DNA of 63,945 bases, counting the filler, from Pseudomonadota bacterium (lineage in GTDB: Bacteria > Desulfobacterota > Desulfobacteria > Desulfobacterales > JBDRRP01): the NCBI GenBank assembly GCA_043825735.1. It is 9 parts of 9 records of this genome, joined end to end, with 100 filler letters (N's around TTAATTAATTAA, not from the genome) between each part and the next. Parts side by side here need not be neighbours in the genome. Positions count along the whole stretch, not along the records: positions 1 to 16,918 come from JBDRRP010000114.1; 8 more parts are not named here. One strand, 5' to 3'. Positions 1 to 9,749 of the stretch are shown in pieces (position 1 is the first letter of the stretch; each line of letters opens with the position of its first letter). The notes beneath the pieces were generated by a model, which was not told where the DNA came from, made no database searches, and saw nothing but the letters and a program-made list of their open reading frames with translations. The position numbers and the translations under genes were made by a program.

Positions 1-2
1 AG

Positions 3-74
3 CTGCTGGAGCACTCCGATGCTTTCAACGATCTGAAAGACGAACTCAAGGCAACAATGGCCCCAGCCCCGTAA
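3..74 (+). CDS. 3' end of an unidentified CDS (partial; ...LLEHSDAFNDLKDELKATMAPAP*)
   Basis: Open frame from the window start to TAA at 72-74, with GC-rich codon usage like the core genes. Confidence 0.5.
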   Translation: MLEHSDAFNDLKDELKATMAPAP

Positions 75-86
75 ATTGAACTACGG

Positions 87-177
87 AGTTAATCCGTGGG
101 AAGTCAACAGTAATTTTGGGCGTATGTCATGCCCGAAAGCATTGAAAATTCTACGATAAATTCTTTACGGATTAACT
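87..177. repeat. Small inverted-repeat element (MITE-like remnant)
   Basis: AGTTAATCCGT (87-97) and its exact reverse complement ACGGATTAACT (167-177) flank an AT-rich spacer. Confidence 0.4.
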
Positions 178-476
178 GTAAAAAAGCATTAACAATCGTT
201 CTTTGACAAATTGGTAGAACCTGTACTTTGGAGCCCGATCTTGCTATGCTACGGGCTCTGGGACGGGAGTGATGACCCCGCACTTTGTGTTATCAACACA
301 TTGGGGCTGCTTCCGTTCCAGTCTTTTTTTGTTCTGGCGACGAGATATCGGCGCCCGTGGGTCAAAATCCTGATAGCGGCGGCTTTTATCCGCCGGCGGA
401 TCACGAAGGTCACGAAGATTTCATATACCCTCCAATCCGGTCGCGGGCCATAGATAATCCGGGGGCAGGCTGTTTC

Positions 477-570
477 GTAGGGGCGGGGTTTACCCCGCCA
501 GCAATCCGCAATGATTCTCTCAATCGTTCGTGTTTACCGATCACGGGCGGGGATAAACCCCGCACCCTAC
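477..570. repeat. Inverted pair of GTAG-family REP elements
   Basis: GTAGGGGCGGGGTTTACCCCGCC at 477-499; inverted copy GGCGGGGATAAACCCCGCACCCTAC at 546-570. Confidence 0.75.
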
Positions 571-922
571 ACAATCAAAAGTCCCCGACTTCCCTTTTTC
601 GACGGGTCGCCGCTTACGCAAGTGCCGGCCCAAGAAGCCGCTTGCTCAGCCGCATACGCGCTTTAGCATTGACTTTTACGCGATCGATCCTTTAGGTAAA
701 TTGAAAGCGTCGATGCACACCGTCGAACCGACCTACCTGAAAAACATCACCGAGTGGTTCGTCAGGGCATATTCACTGAGATGCCATTGTTTCCAACACG
801 ATACCACCCGGAATCATACGGTTTTCTGCACTCATCCGTGGGAGACGGGAACCAGCCTATGAAAAATTGTCGATTCACAAATCCTGAAGACCTGCCGAAA
901 TAGCAATTTAGAAAGAAAGAAA

Positions 923-1978
923 ATGAGCCGAACAAACAATTATGTTACGACAAGTAATAAGGTATTCGTATTCTGCATTTTAATGATTGGCTTTTGTACT
1001 TTATGTGGATGTGAAAATCTGGAAAGTAAAATGGTCAAATCACTTAATGACGGCGGAACGGGAAAAATCTATTTCGAAAGTTTCAATCCATATAGTTACA
1101 ATCATATTCTGGAGCAAAGAGATAACGATAAAAAAACTGTTGTTTTTGGCGTCCTGAACATACCTGAGTCTTCAGAACCTCAAATTGGAGCGATTATTTA
1201 CGTACATGGCAGCAGTGGCGTGCTGACAAAACATGAACGCTGGCTGAAGGCTTTTAACGATATGGGGGTTGCTACATTCCGGTTGGATTCGTTTAAGACA
1301 AGGGGTGTTTCCAGTACTGTCGGCAGCCAGCTTGAAGTGACTTCGGCAATGATGACGGCGGACGCTTACAATGCCCTGAAATTATTAAGCACCCACCCGA
1401 GAATAGACAAAGAAAGAATTGGCATCATGGGAAGTTCCAAAGGAGGGGCTGTAACTTTAGTTTCTGCTTGGGAGCCCATCAGGAGGGCAATGGTCGATGG
1501 CAAATTGAAGTTTGCCTTTCATATTGCGCTATATCCATTCTGTTACGGGCTTGAAAGTGTACAGATGACGGGAGCGCCGATATTAACGTTAATGGGTGAA
1601 AAGGACGACTGGACACCCGCGGCCCCCTGCGTCGAATTGACCAATAGTATAAAAAACGCCGGTTATGATGCGAATATCATCCTATATCCAAATGCATATC
1701 ATGATTTTGACTCTGATACCGATCCCTATTATTTGGAAAACGCACTCAACATGACTAAATGTCGAGCGGTTATTCAATCGAATGGATTAGCCATCGAGAA
1801 AACCTCAGGATTGCGCATGGATCAACCAGATCAATTGGAAAAAGTATGGGAAACATGCGCTACAAGAGGCGTAAACCTCGGGAAAAACAGTAATGCAAAG
1901 GAGAAATCAATGAAGGAAGTAAAAAAGTTTATAGCCACTGTATTCAAATTGGATGCACCAATTAACAACCTCAAATGA
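923..1978 (+). CDS. Dienelactone hydrolase family alpha/beta hydrolase, probably exported or lipoprotein
   Basis: VHGSSG, GxSxGG nucleophile elbow (GSSKGG), GEKDDW and AYHDFD triad motifs; hydrophobic N-terminus; AT-rich relative to core genes. Confidence 0.8.
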   Translation: MSRTNNYVTTSNKVFVFCILMIGFCTLCGCENLESKMVKSLNDGGTGKIYFESFNPYSYNHILEQRDNDKKTVVFGVLNIPESSEPQIGAIIYVHGSSGVLTKHERWLKAFNDMGVATFRLDSFKTRGVSSTVGSQLEVTSAMMTADAYNALKLLSTHPRIDKERIGIMGSSKGGAVTLVSAWEPIRRAMVDGKLKFAFHIALYPFCYGLESVQMTGAPILTLMGEKDDWTPAAPCVELTNSIKNAGYDANIILYPNAYHDFDSDTDPYYLENALNMTKCRAVIQSNGLAIEKTSGLRMDQPDQLEKVWETCATRGVNLGKNSNAKEKSMKEVKKFIATVFKLDAPINNLK

Positions 1979-1992
1979 CTCGAGGATTGAGT

Positions 1993-2286
1993 ATGGGCAA
2001 CAGTCAAATCTCCTTTATGCAGCAAAATGACATCCAGCAATCTGCGAAAGTACTCAGCGTTGCCATGCTTAACAATCCAAACCATGCTGTCGTATTTCAG
2101 GGTAATGGCGAAAGAGAGCGTCTGGAAATAGAGAAGATGTTTTTCGGACTCTTCAATAATTTGCCCGGAGTTGTCTTCCTGGCAAAAGAAAATGAGAAAA
2201 TCATCGGCGTCATGAGAATGAAGTCATGCATTGGCAAAGCAATCGATGACCCGAAATTTTCGGTGTCAAAAATCAATATATGCTGA
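1993..2286 (+). pseudogene. Truncated GNAT-family N-acetyltransferase (N-terminal half)
   Basis: GNAT-like N-terminus (AKVLSVAM...VFLAKENEKIIGV); ends before any acetyl-CoA-binding motif. Confidence 0.5.
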
Positions 2287-2358
2287 GAGATTCACAAAAA
2301 TGACTCGATGGTATCCATTACCATCGGCTCCAGCGGACGGAACCGCTGAGCCACAACG

Positions 2359-2547
2359 CTATGCCGCATCTCTGATATCGATGACAAGCACTTTTCCAAG
2401 GCATTTGAGAGCAGCATTGAGCTGAGATAATGTTGTATTGTGATCCAGATCGCGTATGCGCCTTACCTGGCGGCCGTCGACACCCAGACATTCACCGAGC
2501 GCTGCCTGAGTTACCTTTTGATTTCGCATGGATTGATAAATAGCCAA
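2359..2547 (-). pseudogene. C-terminal HTH part of a HicB-like antitoxin (5' truncated)
   Basis: AIYQSMRNQKVTQAALGECLGVDGRQVRRIRDLDHNTTLSQLNAALKCLGK resembles the HicB C-terminal HTH; cut at a palindromic repeat. Confidence 0.6.
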
Positions 2548-2640
2548 TTTCCTCGCAAAGGCGCCAAGAACGCAAAGAAAATACTTTTAATATCAATGTG
2601 TTAACTTTGCGATCGCTGAGGCTTTGCGAGAGACTCCGAC
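2543..2640. repeat. Palindromic intergenic repeat (CGCAAAG 9-nt periodic family)
   Basis: Near reverse-complement match to 54208-54305; related sequence at ~47750-47810. Confidence 0.8.
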
Positions 2641-2760
2641 GATGCAGACTATGTCGGTCTGTGCGCGGAGTTTCCGAGTTTGAGTGGCCTGGCGCATACT
2701 CCGGAGGCGGCATTAAAAGGGATTCGAAAAATGGTGGCCGATGTCGTGAAGGATAGCTCC
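2638..2760 (+). pseudogene. N-terminal fragment of a second HicB-family antitoxin
   Basis: Frame reads DDADYVGLCAEFPSLSGLAHTPEAALKGIRKMVADVVKD, a HicB-like partial RNase H fold; no intact start or C-terminus. Confidence 0.6.
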
Positions 2761-2963
2761 CACACCCGTCAACCCCCAAAGTCTTTCCCATGGCCCAAGA
2801 ACGTTTTCCCCTTGGAAGAGGCGGGCGGTCAGGCCGCAGCGGCACTCCCGGGGGCTCAAGCGGGCGTGTTGACAAACCCCTCTTTCGAAACTAAACCTGA
2901 AAAGTCCATCCGGATGCCTATCGCCTCCTACCCTTATAACTGCGGCCCGAAGGAGATTTGCAT

Positions 2964-3743
2964 ATGAGCTATGAAATGGTGATCGTCGAGATCGGGGAAA
3001 AGCATGTCGCCACCATCACACTGAACAGACCTGACCAATTGAATACCTTCAACAGCCAGATGGCCTGTGAACTCCACGGCGCCCTCATGGCCATGGATGC
3101 CGATCCGGCCGTTCGCGTGGTGCTGCTGAAAGGGGCGGGAAAAGCCTTTTGTGCCGGCATCGACGTCAACGAGCTCGAGGGAAAGACCACCCTGGAATAC
3201 CGGGAATGGATCGAGCGGATGGAGCAGCCGCTCATCGCCGTCTCGAAGATGAAAAAACCGGTCATCGCCCAGCTTCACGGCGTGGCCGCCGCAAACGGCC
3301 TGGGGCTGGTGGCCGCGTCCGATCTGGTCATCGCCGCGGACAATGCGCGCATGGGGCTGACCGCCATCAACGTGGGGCTCAACTGCGTGGGGCCGGTCAT
3401 CCCGGTCAGCCGGTGCGTGGGGCGCAAAAAAGCGCTGGAGCTGCTGCTCTACGGCAATCTCATCCCGGCCGCCGAAGCCCAGGCGATGGGCCTGGTCAAC
3501 CGCATCGTGCCCAAGGCCGATCTGGACGCCGAGGCGCTGAAATGGGCCCAGGAGCTGGCCAAAAAGAGCCCTGTCGCGGTGAAGATCGCCAAGAGCGCCT
3601 TCTATGCCTCCGAGGATATGACCTACGATCAGCAGTTTGCCTATATGAACGAGGCCTTCGCGCGCCTTTGCTCCACCGACGATGCCAAGGAGGGGGTCAA
3701 GGCCTTTTTCGAGAAGCGCCACCCGGTCTGGCAGGAGAAATGA
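2964..3743 (+). CDS. Enoyl-CoA hydratase/isomerase (crotonase) family protein
   Basis: TITLNRP, AFCAGID, KPVIAQLHG and EGVKAFFEKR motifs; AGGAG RBS. Confidence 0.92.
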   Translation: MSYEMVIVEIGEKHVATITLNRPDQLNTFNSQMACELHGALMAMDADPAVRVVLLKGAGKAFCAGIDVNELEGKTTLEYREWIERMEQPLIAVSKMKKPVIAQLHGVAAANGLGLVAASDLVIAADNARMGLTAINVGLNCVGPVIPVSRCVGRKKALELLLYGNLIPAAEAQAMGLVNRIVPKADLDAEALKWAQELAKKSPVAVKIAKSAFYASEDMTYDQQFAYMNEAFARLCSTDDAKEGVKAFFEKRHPVWQEK

Positions 3744-3780
3744 CCAGGCAGAGCAAAAAATACGAACATCCTGAATAGGT

Positions 3781-3818
3781 ATTCCTCAGTCGCATGCGCC
3801 TGCATCCAACTGAGGAAT
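3781..3818. other. Stem-loop (terminator-like, or terIS-like end of the downstream IS91-type element)
   Basis: ATTCCTCAGT...ACTGAGGAAT perfect 10-bp stem just downstream of the crotonase gene. Confidence 0.4.
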
Positions 3819-4114
3819 CATCGGCGTTACCGCGATTTGTAACGTCTCACATCAACGGCAGCAAAAAGCAGAGCGAGGAACGAGAAGGCCTGGGCGGTGG
3901 CGGCCGCAAAAAATATCGTCAAAATACAAATCAGATGGGTATCCCCTTTAGCGGACAGGTGCCCATTGCGATAACGCTCTCACATCCGGGAGATGCACAA
4001 AAACAAGTGCATCATGCCGCGTTTTCAGTGCATTTTCTGGGGATAGTAAAGCCTTGCCACCCAATATGGGCGGGTATGAAACTGCGATACCACAATATGT
4101 CGTCGGCTGTCCAA

Positions 4115-4131
4115 AAGGCATGGTTGTTGCC
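4115..4131 (+). promoter_or_regulatory. Putative sigma54 (-24/-12) promoter upstream of the transposase
   Basis: AAGGCATGGTTGTTGCC has GG-N10-GC spacing, about 43 nt before the TTG start. Confidence 0.35.
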
Positions 4132-4172
4132 ATGGGTCATGGACACAGTTCCCGGGCCATGGGTGACAATTT

Positions 4173-5741
4173 TTGGAACAGCCTGTCTATCGACCGAGGC
4201 GGCCACAGGATTCGGCCTTCTATCAATGCATCGAGGACCATTTCGAGGCGTTCGAGATGGTTTACGACGAGCTGTTCGTGCGCCGCTACGGTTTTCTGAG
4301 AACCAACGTCAAACATGTCGTTTACCGTTTTCTGGATTGCGGCATCCTAAAAAACGGGTTCGCCCGGGTTCGGTGCGGCGATTGTCGCCACGAGTACCTG
4401 CTGGCCTTTTCATGCAAGCGGCGGCATTTTTGCCCTTCGTGTCATCAAAAGAGGGTGGTCGAATTCGGGGAATGGGTTGCAAGCGAACTTCTCAGTGCCG
4501 TTCCTCATCGCCATATCGTTTTTAGTATCCCAAAGATTTTGCGCCGATACTTTCTATACGATCGGAGGCTGCTGTCCGAGTTGAGCCGCTGCGCCTGGTG
4601 GGCTGTTCAGAAATGGAACGCACCGGGCGAAAAGGGCTCCAACGCGCGGCCTGCCGCCATCAACGCCATTCAGACCTTCGGCGATTTTCTCGGGTTTCAC
4701 CCGCATTGCCACATGTTGGTGGCCGATGGGGTGTTCACCGAGAGCGGTGCCTTCAAGATCGCCCCGACCCTGGACACGAAAGCGCTTGCGCGTCAGTTCC
4801 GCGTAAAGGTGCTGAGCATGCTCCGAAAGGCAGGGCGCCTGACCCCGGAAATGATCGCCATCATGGAAAAGTGGCGGCACTCCGGGTTCAATGTATATTG
4901 CGGCCCGCGGATATGGCCCCGTGACCGGCGGGCCATGGAGAACCTGGCCGGCTATATCGTACGCGCTTCCTTCAGCCAGGAACGCATGGTGTATGAGTCT
5001 GAATCCCACCGGGTCGTTTACCAGTCAAAGGATGGTAAAGATGAGCGGGTCTTCGATGCCTTGGAATGGATGGCCGCCCTGTGCTCCCACGTTCCCAACC
5101 GGGGTGAGCAGATGGTGCGTTATTGTGGGTATTACAGCAACGCCAGTCGTGGTAAGCGCCGCAAACAAGCGGCTGATGTCGAAACGGACCTGACTGTCAT
5201 CGACGCCCCCCGCCTCAGTGCGGGCAGACGGAAAAGCTGGGCGCGGTTGATCCAGAAAATCTACGAGGTTGACCCGCTGATCTGCCCTCGTTTCCAAGGG
5301 CCGATGCATGTGATCAGCATTATCGAGGATCAGCCGGTCATCAGGAAAATCCTCACGCACCTTGGTCTGTGGGCCGAGGCCCCACGGGAGCTCCCGCCCC
5401 CGCGGATACACGCCCCTCCGATACACGCCCTCGTCTCATACGCAGAAGGTTATCAAGGTCAGCCAGGCCCGGATGACATGATCTGCGATCCGATCTATCC
5501 CGACGAGTGGTATTTCAGCTGGGATCCGTGGATGGACACCCGATCCGTTCGCGCCGATACCCCCCCAAACAGCCCAGAACGTAGCCCAGTGAGGCGATTT
5601 CCCATATTGAAAGGGCGCTTAAAATTCCGGATAGTAACGCCATCCAGAGAAGCGGCCACATCTTGTGGCGTCAGAAATTACCAGGCACAATTCAAGAGGT
5701 GGGGTAAACGGCATGCTGAACAGCGAGTTCTTATCTCTTGA
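4173..5741 (+). mobile_element. IS91/ISCR-like rolling-circle (HUH) transposase with N-terminal zinc-binding domain
   Basis: CGILKNGFARVRCxxC...SCKRRHFCPSC Zn domain, FHPHCH HUH motif, single-Tyr helix (LAGYIVR), VRYCGYYSN; oriIS-like GCGAGTTCTTATC at ~5723-5735; the C-terminal ~70 aa may be read-through. Confidence 0.88.
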
Positions 5742-5764
5742 TCTGAGGGTCGAGGATTGATCGG

Positions 5765-6628
5765 TTATGGAAATAGCTCTTGCAGGGTTGAGATTAAATC
5801 ATCGAGCAACAATTCAGGCCGGTAATAAGGGCTTTCCCTCAATCGAATCATACCCAGACGGTCGATGGCCGAAAAATACTCTGAGACCAAACGTCCTGCT
5901 TCTATCGCGAGGGGTAGATCTCTGCTCTGATCTCGCAGCTTGAGAGCATAACTCCACTCATCTTCAGTGGTCGTAGCAAGGATCGTATACAAATCGAGGG
6001 CATGGTATCGCCCGAAATCTTTGTTGGCATCGCCGAGCCGATCCCTGAATGCAAACAGCTTCATCATCGAAAAAGTATAGGGATGGGGTAAAAAAATTTC
6101 AGCCACGCCGGACACACCTGAACTGAGCCTACCTGAAAGGATTACTGGCAACAATCCTTTCTCCAAAGTCAAAGCTTCGTCTACCGGATGGGCGTGAATG
6201 CCGATTGACGGATGCGGCCGTGCGCGACGGGCGTCCACTCTAACTTTCGTGTCTTTAAAACGGCTCTGCGGTCCCGTGAGGATGTCAATCTTTACGCTAC
6301 CTGCATCAGCGCCATCCAATCCCGGCTTAACAAACTGATATTTTTCCGCGCCCGGCACGACCCGATACCCAAGCCGGGCGATGGCGTCTGCCATGGGTTT
6401 CAGTTTGTTTGATTCGATAATCAGTTCAGGACGTAGAAAGAGGTCAAGATCGTTCGTAGAACGGGGCTCAGGCCATTTCTGCCAAAGTGTTCGACGGCCT
6501 TCTTTGACCACATGAGAAACTTTGAGATAAATGCCGAAGCCTCCTCCAATAATGATTTTGACCTCCGAGCCTTCAATTTCGTGAAGAAGGTCGAGCAGTG
6601 ACGTTTGGAGGTCTGCTATCGTGATCAT
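5765..6628 (-). CDS. Nucleotidyltransferase, AbiEii-like type IV toxin
   Basis: IGGGFG...PRSTNDLDL pol-beta motif, KIDIL, MKLFAFRDR...HALDLY C-terminal motif; ATGA overlap with the upstream gene. Confidence 0.7.
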   Translation of the reverse strand: MITIADLQTSLLDLLHEIEGSEVKIIIGGGFGIYLKVSHVVKEGRRTLWQKWPEPRSTNDLDLFLRPELIIESNKLKPMADAIARLGYRVVPGAEKYQFVKPGLDGADAGSVKIDILTGPQSRFKDTKVRVDARRARPHPSIGIHAHPVDEALTLEKGLLPVILSGRLSSGVSGVAEIFLPHPYTFSMMKLFAFRDRLGDANKDFGRYHALDLYTILATTTEDEWSYALKLRDQSRDLPLAIEAGRLVSEYFSAIDRLGMIRLRESPYYRPELLLDDLISTLQELFP

Positions 6629-7743
6629 TGAAGGACACGCTCAACGTCTCTTAAAATCAACGATCTCACTTGTTCAGCGGTTTCCTTGTCGCGCTTGTCG
6701 CCGGACATCAGCTCCAGATAAGCCTGAACCGAAGAGGCCCACCAGAATCCTTCATCATTCCGGGCATCGAAGTAAACCGTCTCATCATCCGTTTCAAAAA
6801 TTTCAAGATTCGGAAACCGATCCGTCCCGCTTCCGGGCAGCCGCTCCGCCAGCATTTCCAAACTCGGGCAATAAACAGACAAAAGGTCCCCCCGCTGCAT
6901 TACCGCATATTGTCCAACCGATGACGTCCCCGTGGCCACGATGGGAACGTCTATCTCTTGTGATAATTTTCGTAGCAGTTGCCGGAGCGTTTCCCCTTCG
7001 GCCTGGACCTTGAGGCGGATTTCAGACTTGATGTTCGTGGCGATATAGTTTTGGCGTAGTTTCTCCAAAAGCTTATCGGGCTGCAGCAAACGAATCATTT
7101 TTTTTCGATCGATGATCAAATCATCCTCAAGCGTCTTCAATGATTTTGACACCGTCGACAGGCTCATCGGTTTCCTCTTCCATCGATCCACCAAAAGATT
7201 TCGCCGGTTGATCTCGCTGCAAATATCCTGGACGGTTTGGTAGGTTGGACGCGAAAAAAAGACTCGCGCCACCATAGAGCTGTTTTTCCGATAGATGTTT
7301 TTGATCGGCGCCGATGATGAGAAGCGATTCTTCCCTCCGCTGCGGAATACGGCAAATTTACCCGGCACAACGACGACGCCGTTGCCACACAAATCAATGC
7401 CGCTGATCTGTTCCTGCTCAAGCTCCTGCAATTGCTGTTCGTTAAGGAACGGCAGGCACAAGAGAGGCATGCATCCCTTGGGGAGCGCTGCCGTTTTCAG
7501 CAAATTTAGTCCGTTCCTGAAGACTTTGGGTGTCGAAAGGGAGTTACATTCAACGACGAACCTTGCCTTGCTTCCGCACCAGGAAGCTTCAACCAGCGCA
7601 TCGAAACCGATGTTCACTGTCTCCGGCGTATCGTTTAAGGCCTGAAAAGAGACCGGTGGCAGCGCAACTTTCCCGCTTCGAAGCAGGTCGATCATTTCTT
7701 TTTGGTTCGGTATTTTCCTATTTTTAATCATTTTCCTGTTCAA
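6625..7743 (-). CDS. AbiEi-like antitoxin / winged-helix regulator (true start may be 7731 or 7695)
   Basis: wHTH-like SLSTVSKSLKTLE segment; C-terminal WASSVQAYLELMSGDKRDKETAE resembles AbiEi_2-type proteins; coupled to the NTase gene. Confidence 0.65.
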   Translation of the reverse strand: MNRKMIKNRKIPNQKEMIDLLRSGKVALPPVSFQALNDTPETVNIGFDALVEASWCGSKARFVVECNSLSTPKVFRNGLNLLKTAALPKGCMPLLCLPFLNEQQLQELEQEQISGIDLCGNGVVVVPGKFAVFRSGGKNRFSSSAPIKNIYRKNSSMVARVFFSRPTYQTVQDICSEINRRNLLVDRWKRKPMSLSTVSKSLKTLEDDLIIDRKKMIRLLQPDKLLEKLRQNYIATNIKSEIRLKVQAEGETLRQLLRKLSQEIDVPIVATGTSSVGQYAVMQRGDLLSVYCPSLEMLAERLPGSGTDRFPNLEIFETDDETVYFDARNDEGFWWASSVQAYLELMSGDKRDKETAEQVRSLILRDVERVLQ

Positions 7744-7767
7744 GAAAATATTAAAATATAGGAAAAT
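7712..7767. promoter_or_regulatory. 27-bp imperfect inverted-repeat operator of the abiE-like operon
   Basis: ATTTTCCTATTTTTAATCATTTTCCTG-TT-CAAGAAAATATTAAAATATAGGAAAAT. Confidence 0.7.
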
Positions 7768-7774
7768 TTACAAG

Positions 7775-7930
7775 CTAAATATTTTCCCGTAGTCTGAGCC
7801 GGATCAGCTCCGGGTAGATTTTCAGAAATCGTTTTTCCGCATCATTAGTTCCAATCATGATCAACTCGTCATTCGCCTTGAAACAAATAGAGGGATCAGG
7901 ATTGCTAAGTGATAATTTCACCAAGACTCC
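7775..7930 (-). pseudogene. C-terminal fragment of a TrkA-C (RCK_C) domain protein
   Basis: LSNPDPSICFKANDELIMIGTNDAEKRF resembles the end of TrkA-C domains; no proper start. Confidence 0.45.
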
Positions 7931-7943
7931 GGCGGGCGATACA

Positions 7944-9749
7944 CTAGGATGCGCTGTCAACCTTGCCTTCCAGTTCTTCCCACCGTTCGTAAGCGGCTAA
8001 AATCTCACTTTCCAGTTCCGCAAGCCGACTTGACAGCGCACCGAAATCCGTTTCTACATTCCTGTAGATGGATGGATCGGACAGGGCCGCCCCGACAATG
8101 GCATGCTCGGCCTCCAGGGCCTCGATGCGTGCCGGCAGGCCGTCCAGCTCGCGCTGCTGGAGATATCCGAGCTTGCGGGGCTTTTGCGGCGGCGCCGGTT
8201 TCGGGGCCGGGCGGGGCCGGGCGGTTGTTTCCGTTGACGCCGCCGGCTGCGGGCGCTGGGCGAGCCAGTCGTCGTATCCGCCGGCGTATTCGGTGACCCG
8301 GCCGCCGCCTTCGAACACCAGTGTGCTGGTGACCACGTTGTTTAAAAAGGCGCGGTCGTGGCTGACCAGCAGCAGCGTGCCTTTGAACTGGAAGAGCAGT
8401 TCCTCTAAAAGATCGAGGGTTTCGGCATCCAGATCGTTGGTGGGCTCGTCCATGACCAGCACGTTGGCCGGCAGGGTGAAGAGCCTTGCCAGCAGCAGTC
8501 GGTTTTTTTCTCCCCCGGAGAGGACGCGAACCGGGGTGCGGCAGCGTTCCGGGGTGAAGAGAAAATCCTGCAGATATCCGATCACATGGCGCTTTTCGCC
8601 GTTGAAGATGATGAAATCATTGCCTTCTCCGATGTTTTCCGCCACGGTTTTGTCCGGGTCGAGCTGAGCGCGCAGCTGGTCGAAATAAGCCACCTGAAGA
8701 TGGGTTCCGTGGCGCACCGATCCGGTGCTCGGCGCCGCTTCCTTGAGCAGGACGCGCAGCAGGGAGGTTTTTCCACTACCGTTGGGGCCGATGATGCCCA
8801 CCCGGTCGCCGCGCATCACGACGGTGGAAAGACCGTCGACCAGGACGGCGCCGCCCCACGAAATGTCTACGCCGGACGCCTCGATGACCAGCCTGCCCGT
8901 GCGCTCGGCCTCCTGGACCTGCAACCGCACATCCCCGGTTTTCCGCCGGCGCGAGGCGACCGCCGCACGCATTTTTTGAAGCTCCCGGACGCGGCCCTCG
9001 TTTCGGGTGCGTCGCGCCTTTACGCCCTGCCGGATCCAGGCCTCCTCTTCGGCGAGTTTTTTGTCCTCCCGGCGCTGCCGGTTCGCGTCTGCATCCAGGT
9101 CTGCCTGCCGACGGGATACGAAGGTGTCGTAGTCGCAGGCGTACACGGTGAGTCGGCCCCGATCCAAGTCCATGATGCCGGTGGCGATGTGCTTCAGGAA
9201 CGCCCGGTCGTGGGTGACGCACAGCAGGGTGCGCACATGACGCAGAATGAACGATTCCATCCATTCGATGGTGGCGATGTCCAGGTGATTGGTGGGCTCG
9301 TCCAGGAGTAGAAGATCGGGCGCCTGGGCCATGGCGCGGGCAAACAGGGTGCGCCTTTTCATGCCGGCGGAAAGCTCTGAAAACCGTTTTTTCGGGTCCA
9401 GGCCGGTTTGGGACAGGGTGATTTCGATGCGTTGGACGACCTCCCAGTGGTGCCCGGTATCGGCCGGCCGGTCATCGCCGAATCCGGCGACCACGTCGAA
9501 AACAGTGCCTTCCGTGTTTTCAGGCACTTCCTGGGCCAGGGTGGCTACGGTGAGGCCCTGCTGGCGCCACATATCGCCGCTGTCGGGCTGCAGCTTTCCG
9601 GACAGAAGCCGCATCAGGGTGGATTTACCCACGCCGTTTCGGCCCACCAAAGCGATGCGGTCGCCTTTTTCGATTTGAAGGGTGATATTTTCCAGAAGCG
9701 GCGGATCGCCGAAGCCCCAGCACACATCCCGGAGGCTGATCAGAGCCAT
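7944..9749 (-). CDS. uup: ABC-F family ATP-binding protein Uup
   Basis: Two ABC domains (GRNGVGKS, GPNGSGKT), DEPTNHLD and DEPTNDLD, KARRTRNEGRVR linker, C-terminal coiled coil. Confidence 0.93.
   Translation of the reverse strand: MALISLRDVCWGFGDPPLLENITLQIEKGDRIALVGRNGVGKSTLMRLLSGKLQPDSGDMWRQQGLTVATLAQEVPENTEGTVFDVVAGFGDDRPADTGHHWEVVQRIEITLSQTGLDPKKRFSELSAGMKRRTLFARAMAQAPDLLLLDEPTNHLDIATIEWMESFILRHVRTLLCVTHDRAFLKHIATGIMDLDRGRLTVYACDYDTFVSRRQADLDADANRQRREDKKLAEEEAWIRQGVKARRTRNEGRVRELQKMRAAVASRRRKTGDVRLQVQEAERTGRLVIEASGVDISWGGAVLVDGLSTVVMRGDRVGIIGPNGSGKTSLLRVLLKEAAPSTGSVRHGTHLQVAYFDQLRAQLDPDKTVAENIGEGNDFIIFNGEKRHVIGYLQDFLFTPERCRTPVRVLSGGEKNRLLLARLFTLPANVLVMDEPTNDLDAETLDLLEELLFQFKGTLLLVSHDRAFLNNVVTSTLVFEGGGRVTEYAGGYDDWLAQRPQPAASTETTARPRPAPKPAPPQKPRKLGYLQQRELDGLPARIEALEAEHAIVGAALSDPSIYRNVETDFGALSSRLAELESEILAAYERWEELEGKVDSAS

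Noticed and set aside
713..862. 49-aa ORF MHTVEPTYLKNITEWF...
   Set aside because: No recognisable motif and weak RBS; may be a gene remnant but cannot be supported
3794..4525. 243-aa ORF overlapping the transposase start
   Set aside because: No domain features, and it overlaps the well-supported transposase in another frame
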